A stretch of 64,000 nucleotides of DNA from Patescibacteria group bacterium (GTDB taxonomy: Bacteria; Pseudomonadota; Alphaproteobacteria; Paracaedibacterales; CAIULA01): the NCBI GenBank assembly GCA_044359765.1, contig JBIKLN010000004.1:5423-69422 (forward strand). Direction: 5' to 3'. The notes beneath the pieces were generated by a model that saw nothing but the letters and a program-made list of their open reading frames with translations, did no database searches and was not told the DNA's origin. Positions within the stretch are counted from its first letter, which is position 1, and every line of letters begins with the position of its first letter. The position numbers were made by a program, and so were the translations under genes. Positions 56,698 through 64,000 of this stretch are shown here, in pieces.

Positions 56698-59600
56698 ATG
56701 AAAGCTTCACCCTGCCCCCCTACCCTATGCGGTGTTACTGGCAGCTATACGCCCTTTGCTATCAAGGATCTTTTTGAACATCATGAAGGCCCCTTAGTGT
56801 TTGTGGCCAATTGTGATGAAGACATGGTAGCCTTAGAAAGCCAGGTGGCCTTTCTCATGCCCAACACGCCCTGCTTTTCCTTCCCCAGTTGGGACTGTCT
56901 ACCCTATGACCGTATTGGCCCCAGCAACGACTGTATGGCCCGACGTCTTACAACGCTGCGTAAGCTTCAGGAAGAAAAACAGTACATCCTTTTAACGTCT
57001 ATTCAGGCAGTTCAGCAAAAGGTTCCCCCTAAGCGCCTTGTTCACGGGACACAGAAAATTTTGACCGTAGGGTCAACAGTTAACCGTTCCGACCTTTTGG
57101 ATTTTTTAAGCATACAAGGATTTCAACGACAGGAAACTGTTTATGAACCAGGTGATTTTGCTGTTCGCGGCAGTATTATTGACTTGTTTCCCACAGGCGC
57201 ATCCAACCCTTTGCGGTTAGATTTTTTTGGCGATACTTTGGAAAGTATTCGCATTTTTGATGCCATTTCCCAAACAAGTCAGGGACGTGTGGAGTCCTTT
57301 GATTTAAGTCCTGTACGTGAAGCTTTGCTAACACCTGCCACTATTGAACAATTTCGTTCAAGTTATCGTTTACGTTTTCAACCCAATGCACACGGTGTTT
57401 ATGATGACCCTTTGTATGAAAGCATTACTAACGGCATACCCTACGCTGGTCAAGAACACTGGATGCCCTTGTTCTACCCCGACCTAGCCTGGCTGCATGA
57501 CTACATTTCTCCCAATGCCCTGTTTGTTTTTAACAGTACCGTCATTAATGCATTAAGGGAACGTTTAGACAGCATCAAGGATTATTACGCTGCCCGTCTT
57601 TCCCCTTCCATAAACGGAGCCTTGTACCAGCCCATAGAGCCAAATCTTCTGTATGGACAAGAAGATTTGTGGAACCGGTTGCTAGAACAGCACCCTCACT
57701 GTTCGCTAACACCTTTTATTATTCCAGAATCAGAACAGACCACCAGTAATAAAAATACTCACCCAGTTCCTGATTTTTCAGGCATTCGACAGCGTCAGGC
57801 CCACACATTTTTTAAAACCCTTGCAAAAACCATTGAAGACCATAAAAAACAGGGGCGTTCTATTATCATAGTCAGTGAAACTTTGGGCGCCCAAAAGCGG
57901 TTGGATGGTATTTTAGCTGACAATGGCATTCAAACCAAAAGCACAAAAACCTGGCCTTTTGGTGAAGCTCATAATATTTATTCTCTTGTGGCACCTTTTC
58001 ATACGGGCTTCATATCCTCCACTGAATGTGTTCTAACGGAACAAGATATTTTGGGCTACAAATTGGCCCGTTCCAGCAAGAAGCGTACAGGCGCGTCCTT
58101 TTTTCAAGATGCCAGTGAATTGTCTTCAGGTGATCTTATTGTACACCGTGACCATGGCATAGGTCGTTATGTGGGGTTGCAAACACTAACCATTAATAAC
58201 GGTGCACATGATTGTTTGGTCCTTTTATACGCAGAAGATAGCAAATTATTTTTACCCGTTGAAAACATTGACGCCATCACGCGCTATGGCAGTGATTCTG
58301 CCCTTGTGGCCTTAGATCGTCTGGGGGCCAATACTTGGCAAAACCGTAAGGACAAGGTGAAAAAACGCATTCGTGTAATTGCGGAATATTTATTAAAGGT
58401 TGCTGCTGAACGGTCCTTACACAGGGCTCAAGCCCTTGAAAAAATTGATACGCAGTACGATGCCTTTTGTGCAGGGTTCCCTTACATAGAAACAGAAGAC
58501 CAACAACGCGCCATTGAAGAAACCTTGAACGATATGGCCTCTGGCCGTCCTATGGACCGTCTTGTGTGTGGTGATGTGGGCTTTGGAAAAACAGAGGTGG
58601 CCTTACGTGCAGCCTACATAGCCGCCTCTCATGGTAAGCAGGTGGCCGTAGTTGTGCCCACAACCCTATTATGCCGACAACATTACCAGAATTTTGCTAA
58701 ACGTTTTCAAGGCACCCCTTTTAAAGTGGCCCAACTTTCCCGTCTTGTTGGAAAACACGAAGGTATACGTTCAGACCTGGCATCTGGGAAAATTAATATT
58801 ATTATTGCCACCCACACTATTTTGTCAGAAAAAACCACTTTTCACGATTTGGGCCTGTTAATTGTGGATGAAGAACAGCATTTTGGTGTGAAACAAAAGG
58901 AAACCCTAAAAAAATTAAAGGCTGATGTGCACGTTTTAACACTTACGGCTACCCCCATTCCGCGCACCTTGCAGTTAGCCCTAAGTGGTGTGCGTGAACT
59001 CAGCCTTATGACCACACCCCCTGTGGACCGTTTGGCCGTACGAACGTTTGTAACCCCTTTTGACCCCATGATTATTCGTGAGGCTATTTTGCGCGAATAC
59101 CACCGTGGGGGGCAAATTTTTTACGTATCTCCTTATATTGAAGATTTAGATGGTTTATCAGAAAAACTAAAAAAACTGGTACCCGAAATTAAGTTCGCCG
59201 TTGCCCATGGTAAATTGCCAGTTAATGATTTAGAACGAATTGTGGGCGCATTTTATGATCGTGAATATCATTTACTGCTTAGTACCAATATTATTGAATC
59301 AGGAATTGATATTCCAACAGCGAACACCCTCATTGTTAACCGCGCTGACCGCATGGGGCTGGCTCAGCTGTATCAATTGCGCGGACGGGTAGGACGTTCA
59401 AAAACCCAGGGGTATGCTTATTTGACCCTGCCAGCAGATAAGGCTATTTCTGAAACGGCTGAAAAACGCCTTCACGTTATGCAAAGTCTGGACACCCTGG
59501 GGGCAGGATTTCGTATAGCCAGTCACGATATGGACATACGGGGTGCTGGAAATGTGGTGGGTGAAGAACAATCAGGCCATATTCGGGAAGTGGGGGTGGA

Positions 59601-60159
59601 ACTGTACCAAACCCTTCTGCAAGAAGCCATTATTATGGCACGCGCTGAACAGGCTAACAAAAATGATGGCATGTTGGAGGAGGAATGGTCTCCTCAAATT
59701 AATGTGGGCACGGCCGTTTTAATTCCAGAAACTTATGTGGCAGATTTGGGGTTGCGGCTTAATTTGTACCGTCGTATAGGAAGTTTAAAAACAAAAAATA
59801 ACTTAGAATCTTTTGCCGCTGAGCTGATTGACCGTTTTGGTCCCCTTCCTAGAGAGGTTCATAATTTAATTGCCGTTATTGAACTAAAAATTTTGTGCCG
59901 TCGCGCCCACATTGCAAAAATAGAGTTAGGCCCCAAAGGGTTGGTTGTGAGTTTCCACAATAATACGTTTCCCAACCAACAGGGGCTTTTTGAATTTTTG
60001 CAAAAACCAGAGGTAACCAAGCCTGGCCCTGTTAAAATTCGCCCAGATCAAAAACTTGTTTTTACCCGCCAGTGGCCTAATGAGGAGGCAAGCCTCCGTA
60101 ATACCAAAAACATTTTGGCCAACCTGGCTATTATTGCTGAAAAAGTAACGCGCTTATAG
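56698..60159 (+). CDS. mfd: Transcription-repair coupling factor
   Basis: The 1153-aa product has an RNAP-interaction/CarD-like region (GDLIVHRDHGIGRY). SF2 motifs are GDVGFGKTEVALRAA, DEEQHFGV and QLRGRVGRS. A TRG motif region is also present. Confidence 0.95.
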   Translation: MKASPCPPTLCGVTGSYTPFAIKDLFEHHEGPLVFVANCDEDMVALESQVAFLMPNTPCFSFPSWDCLPYDRIGPSNDCMARRLTTLRKLQEEKQYILLTSIQAVQQKVPPKRLVHGTQKILTVGSTVNRSDLLDFLSIQGFQRQETVYEPGDFAVRGSIIDLFPTGASNPLRLDFFGDTLESIRIFDAISQTSQGRVESFDLSPVREALLTPATIEQFRSSYRLRFQPNAHGVYDDPLYESITNGIPYAGQEHWMPLFYPDLAWLHDYISPNALFVFNSTVINALRERLDSIKDYYAARLSPSINGALYQPIEPNLLYGQEDLWNRLLEQHPHCSLTPFIIPESEQTTSNKNTHPVPDFSGIRQRQAHTFFKTLAKTIEDHKKQGRSIIIVSETLGAQKRLDGILADNGIQTKSTKTWPFGEAHNIYSLVAPFHTGFISSTECVLTEQDILGYKLARSSKKRTGASFFQDASELSSGDLIVHRDHGIGRYVGLQTLTINNGAHDCLVLLYAEDSKLFLPVENIDAITRYGSDSALVALDRLGANTWQNRKDKVKKRIRVIAEYLLKVAAERSLHRAQALEKIDTQYDAFCAGFPYIETEDQQRAIEETLNDMASGRPMDRLVCGDVGFGKTEVALRAAYIAASHGKQVAVVVPTTLLCRQHYQNFAKRFQGTPFKVAQLSRLVGKHEGIRSDLASGKINIIIATHTILSEKTTFHDLGLLIVDEEQHFGVKQKETLKKLKADVHVLTLTATPIPRTLQLALSGVRELSLMTTPPVDRLAVRTFVTPFDPMIIREAILREYHRGGQIFYVSPYIEDLDGLSEKLKKLVPEIKFAVAHGKLPVNDLERIVGAFYDREYHLLLSTNIIESGIDIPTANTLIVNRADRMGLAQLYQLRGRVGRSKTQGYAYLTLPADKAISETAEKRLHVMQSLDTLGAGFRIASHDMDIRGAGNVVGEEQSGHIREVGVELYQTLLQEAIIMARAEQANKNDGMLEEEWSPQINVGTAVLIPETYVADLGLRLNLYRRIGSLKTKNNLESFAAELIDRFGPLPREVHNLIAVIELKILCRRAHIAKIELGPKGLVVSFHNNTFPNQQGLFEFLQKPEVTKPGPVKIRPDQKLVFTRQWPNEEASLRNTKNILANLAIIAEKVTRL

Positions 60160-60210
60160 CCACACTTGATAATTTCCAAGCCATTCTCATAAGCCCCATC
60201 AAACCCTGTC

Positions 60211-60849
60211 TTATTCTCTAACAACAGATGGTCTAACAACAACCGATATTGGGAAATCAATACAAATTCTGTTACCCCCCACAATGGAACCATTTTCGAT
60301 TGTTTTAAAAATTTGATCAAATAATTCCACACTAATTCTTATTGGCCTTACTTCATCTTCATCTTCATCTTCATCTTCATTTATTGTTGAAAGTTTACTG
60401 CCCTTTTCAATTATAGATGACATTTCAAGAGGCTTTTTAAGGACTGAAATTTCACAACCATTTCCTTTACAAGATTCTAATATTTTATACAAACGTTCAA
60501 TGGCTTCATCTCCAACTATAGTTATTTTGCGATTGAGCATTTCTCTGTGGTCTCTTAAGTCAGATTCTAGTTTTAGAGTATCTGTATCAGTTTGAAATTT
60601 GATTCCAACCCTAGTTTCATCGGTGAACCCCCAAGATTGGATGATTCTTTCCTCCAGAGACATTATACCTTCAAACGCATGTGAAAAATCACCAGTTATC
60701 CTTTGGTGTGAAACAAGAACGACAAAAAGGTCTGATTGTTTAAAAGGAGAAGTATGACAGGTATAATAATTAATAATTGCTTTTTTAACTTCATCAGCTG
60801 TTGTATTTGGCGAAATTTTCAAACTTAATTTTAGGTTTTCATATCCCAC
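60211..60849 (-). CDS. Hypothetical protein with (DE)n tract
   Basis: This AT-rich ORF has a GTG start at 60849. The same frame stays open upstream to ~61003 and encodes a hydrophobic ILFVLILFFLPIF segment with no canonical start codon. No motif was recognised. Confidence 0.35.
   Translation of the reverse strand: MGYENLKLSLKISPNTTADEVKKAIINYYTCHTSPFKQSDLFVVLVSHQRITGDFSHAFEGIMSLEERIIQSWGFTDETRVGIKFQTDTDTLKLESDLRDHREMLNRKITIVGDEAIERLYKILESCKGNGCEISVLKKPLEMSSIIEKGSKLSTINEDEDEDEDEVRPIRISVELFDQIFKTIENGSIVGGNRICIDFPISVVVRPSVVRE
60351..60380. repeat. Hexanucleotide microsatellite (CTTCAT)x5
   Basis: The 30-nt perfect tandem repeat encodes the EDEDEDEDED tract of the minus-strand ORF. Confidence 0.9.
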
Positions 60850-61120
60850 ATCACTAGAACAATTTATTTTTACCGGACATATTCTTGATATTGGATCTCC
60901 ATTTGATAAATCAAAAACAACATGATCTGGAATTCTTTCTAAACCAGGCTCCGCCCCCTGTATTTGGTTAAAAATAGGCAGAAAAAATAATATTAATACA
61001 AACAGGATTTATTTTTAGTTTTTAAATTACATTGATTTACATATGGCGATTCTGACTATAAAAATCAAGCTGAAAATAAAAAATTTTTGGGGAAGCGCTG
61101 TCGTTTCCTCATTCCTGACA

Positions 61121-63793
61121 TCATGAATGGGCTTCGTCCCAATTATTGCCCATACCGCTTTCCACTAATAAAGGTACGGTCAAGGTGGCAGAAGTTTGCA
61201 TAATTTCCTTAAGAATATCCGTGGTTTCGGCCTCTCTGCCCTTTGGAATTTCAAACAAAAGTTCATCGTGCACTTGTAGTAACATGCGTGTATCTTGATA
61301 GGCGTCTGTGTTCAATAAAGCATTAATTTTACGCATGGCAATTTTAATGGTATCTGCATTACTGCCCTGCAGGGGCGCATTAATAGCCTGACGTTCTGCA
61401 AATTGCCGTAAGGGAGGATTTTTATCCAGAATAGTTGGCACATAACACCGTCGGCCAAACAAGGTTTCCACATACCCCTTTTGCCGTGCCGTATGAATAC
61501 ACGCGTTCATGTAGGTTTGAATTTCGGGGTAACGTTCCAGGTACGCCTTTATAATGTGGTTAGCTTCTGCGACCGGAATGCCTAACTGCTGGGCCAAACC
61601 AAAAGAACTAATGCCATAAATAATACCAAAATTCACCGTTTTTGCCTTGCGACGCAAGGAACTGTCTACCTGATCTAAGGGCACACCAAATAATTCACTG
61701 GCTGTACGTTTGTGAATATCCTCCCCGTTGTTAAAAGCGGTAATTAAAGATTGTACACCCGCCATATGGGCCAAAAAACGCAACTCTATTTGGGAATAGT
61801 CTAATGACACAAGGCTATAACCAGGAGCTGCCACAAAACACTTTCGTATTTTTCGGCCATCTTCCGTTTTAATGGGAATGTTCTGCAAATTGGGGTCTGA
61901 AGATGATAATCTTCCTGTGGCTGCCCCCACCATAGAATAAGATGTATAAACCCGACCTGTTTCAGGGTCTGCTGCACTAATAAGGCCATCTACGTAAGTA
62001 GATTTTAGCTTAGCAAGACTGCGCCACTTAAGAACTTGTTCTGCAATAGTATGACCCTGAAGGCTTAAGCTTTCCAGGATATCCACATCTGTTCCATAGG
62101 CCCCTGTTTTTCCCTTTTTTCCACCTGGGAGGGACATTTTATCAAATAAAATTTCTCCCAACTGCTTGGGGGACGCCACATTAAACGTTTCACCTGCAAG
62201 CACATAGATTTCCTGCTCTAAGGCAGACAAGCGCTGATCAAATTCTTCCCCATACCGTGTTAGTAGGGGCACGTCTAGGGCTATTCCTACCTGTTCCATA
62301 GACACGATGGCAGGAACAAGGGGGCGTTCAATACGCTGATACAAGGCACTGCGTCCCTCTGCCTGCAACCGAGAAGACAACATACCATGAAGGGCAAGGG
62401 TTATGTCAGCGTCTTCCGCTGCGTAGGCTGTGGCTGTATCAAGGGGCACCTTATCAAATGTTTTTTGGGTTTTACCCGTACCCACCACATCTGCGTAGGC
62501 TATGGTTGTGCGGTTTAAATGCCGTCGTGCCAATTCATCAAGGCTATGGCCATGTTTGCCCGCGTCTAAACAGTACGACATCAGCATTGTGTCGTCATAG
62601 CCCACAATAGGGGCATCATATTTTACAAGAACGCCCATATCATATTTTAAATTATGACCTACTTTCAGAACTGAACTGTCCGCTAACAGGGGGCGTAAAA
62701 GGGCCAGGGCTTCTGCCTCTGGAATTTGCACTTCATGTGTTTGGTGATTTAGGGGCACATAACAAGCCCCCTCCTCAGGAACACACAGGGAAAACCCCAC
62801 AAGCCGAGCCTTGCGGGGCTGCAGCGATGTGGTTTCTGTGTCAAAACCCACAATACCTTTTTGGGTGGCTTTTTCAATCCATTCTTGAAGTTTCTCACGT
62901 GTTTGAACGGTTGAATACTGGGGGGTTACGGAGGGGGTTGGGGGTTTTCTATGCATGCGGTTACGCAGCGCATTAAACCCTTGAGTTGTTAAAAAAGCCT
63001 CCAGCGTTTCTGGGCAATGGGGCGAAAAAGCCAAACCTTCCAGGCCAATAGGAAGGGGCACATCTGTTGCCAAAGTCACCAATTTTTTTGAGATACGGGC
63101 ATCATCACTATGATTAATAAGGGCTTCCCGTCGTTTAGGTTGCTTAATGGTGTGGGCATAGCTTAGCAAAGATTCCAAAGAACCATATTCCTTAATTAAC
63201 TCAGCAGCTGTTTTCACACCAATGCCTGGAACACCTGGAATATTGTCTGTAGAGTCGCCAGCTAAGGCCTGCACATCAATAACCTGATGGGGGGGAACGC
63301 CAAATTTTTCCACCACCTGTTCAGGGCCAATGGGTTTATTTTTCATAGGATCGTACATATGAACGTTGGAATTGATTAATTGCATCAGGTCCTTGTCTGA
63401 GGAAATAATCACAACTTCACAACCAATCTCTGACGCTTTATGTGCGTAAGATGCTATCAGATCATCGGCCTCAAACCCTGGAAGTTCCACACACGGAACA
63501 CCAAAAGCCGCGCAAGCATGACGAACTAGGGAAAATTGGGGGACAAGCTCGGGCGGTGGAGGGGGGCGATGTGCCTTATAATCAGCATAAATATCATGAC
63601 GAAAGGTTTGACGTGCCGCGTCAAAAACAACCAAAAGTCCATAACCTTGGGCTTGCTCAATGGTTTTTAGCAGCATATTACAAAAGCCGTATACGGCCCC
63701 CACAGGCACGCCACTGGGGTTTAATAAGGGGGGTAAAGCATGAAAGGCCCTAAAAATAAACCCAGACCCATCGACCAAAAATAATTTTTGCAT
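61121..63793 (-). CDS. polA: DNA polymerase I
   Basis: A 5'-3' exonuclease N terminus (LVDGSGFIFRAFHA) and a 3'-5' exonuclease motif (GFDTETTSL) are present. Polymerase motifs are LVSLDYSQIELRFLAH and LLQVHDELLFE. Confidence 0.95.
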   Translation of the reverse strand: MQKLFLVDGSGFIFRAFHALPPLLNPSGVPVGAVYGFCNMLLKTIEQAQGYGLLVVFDAARQTFRHDIYADYKAHRPPPPPELVPQFSLVRHACAAFGVPCVELPGFEADDLIASYAHKASEIGCEVVIISSDKDLMQLINSNVHMYDPMKNKPIGPEQVVEKFGVPPHQVIDVQALAGDSTDNIPGVPGIGVKTAAELIKEYGSLESLLSYAHTIKQPKRREALINHSDDARISKKLVTLATDVPLPIGLEGLAFSPHCPETLEAFLTTQGFNALRNRMHRKPPTPSVTPQYSTVQTREKLQEWIEKATQKGIVGFDTETTSLQPRKARLVGFSLCVPEEGACYVPLNHQTHEVQIPEAEALALLRPLLADSSVLKVGHNLKYDMGVLVKYDAPIVGYDDTMLMSYCLDAGKHGHSLDELARRHLNRTTIAYADVVGTGKTQKTFDKVPLDTATAYAAEDADITLALHGMLSSRLQAEGRSALYQRIERPLVPAIVSMEQVGIALDVPLLTRYGEEFDQRLSALEQEIYVLAGETFNVASPKQLGEILFDKMSLPGGKKGKTGAYGTDVDILESLSLQGHTIAEQVLKWRSLAKLKSTYVDGLISAADPETGRVYTSYSMVGAATGRLSSSDPNLQNIPIKTEDGRKIRKCFVAAPGYSLVSLDYSQIELRFLAHMAGVQSLITAFNNGEDIHKRTASELFGVPLDQVDSSLRRKAKTVNFGIIYGISSFGLAQQLGIPVAEANHIIKAYLERYPEIQTYMNACIHTARQKGYVETLFGRRCYVPTILDKNPPLRQFAERQAINAPLQGSNADTIKIAMRKINALLNTDAYQDTRMLLQVHDELLFEIPKGREAETTDILKEIMQTSATLTVPLLVESGMGNNWDEAHS

Positions 63794-63923
63794 TGTTATG
63801 ACTTCTTAGCGTTTTTTTGGATCATACTCCGTTCCCCCCACAAAGTCACCACAGCCTAAACAATTTCAGCAATTCTTGGGGGTAAGATTTTTGTATGATT
63901 GCGTGATTTATTTTTTTTGAGTC

Positions 63924-64000
63924 TATAGCTAGACGACTTTTTTAAAGCCTAGAAAAATTAATGGTTGCAGAGAGTATGGAAGGCCAAAATTACAGGAGTC
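63924..64000 (+). mobile_element. MITE-like element, short variant, cut by window end
   Basis: TATAGCTAGACGACTTTTTTAAAGCCTAGAAAAATTAATGGTTGCAGAGAGTATGGAAGGCCAAAATTACAGGAGTC matches 48679-48783 minus an internal segment. It is preceded by ATTGCGTGATTTATTTTTTTTGAGTC, which resembles the composite-repeat left arm. Confidence 0.5.

Overview
This 64-kb window looks like an AT-rich (about 40% GC by eye) alphaproteobacterial chromosome, probably from a host-associated or intracellular lineage. That assignment is an inference. It rests on alphaproteobacterial markers (Mic60-like/HemY pair, DUF1467, EipB/DUF1849-like protein, RcGTA-type terminase) together with eukaryote-interaction-type genes (LRR pseudogene, PTP-like phosphatase, autotransporter, orphan VgrG).

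Most of the window is housekeeping: yccA-like, hemY-like, tkt, gap, PTS enzyme I, tmk, PMM/PGM, bioY, an ABC exporter, sdhA, nuoN, fliI, LOG, sodB, comM/yifB, trpS, mltG, rph, glnA, hemC, dsbA-like, mfd, polA, tRNA-Thr(UGU) and tRNA-Lys(UUU). Canonical operons are visibly fragmented: sdhA, nuoN, fliI, hemC and arnD are each orphaned from their usual partners.

The accessory content is:
1. A type II C5-methyltransferase/HpaII-like restriction-modification (R-M) pair wedged between hemY and tkt.
2. A tRNA-Thr-flanked island carrying a secreted trypsin-like protease, a type III R-M system (mod/res) and a decayed LRR gene.
3. An orphan vgrG with an 18 x 27-bp in-frame repeat, followed by an acidic MORN/YwqK-like protein.
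4. A cluster of a secreted CX5R phosphatase, two methyltransferases and a signal-peptide P-loop GTPase.
5. A lone, intact GTA-type large terminase.

The most unusual non-coding signal is a mosaic repeat family with three parts: a ~280-bp composite element, a ~105-bp MITE-like element with terminal inverted repeats, and REP-like GC palindromes. In all five occurrences it sits about 90-135 bp upstream of a minus-strand gene start.

No CRISPR array, rRNA, transposase or integrase was found. All homology calls come from motif recognition by eye; no database search was possible.
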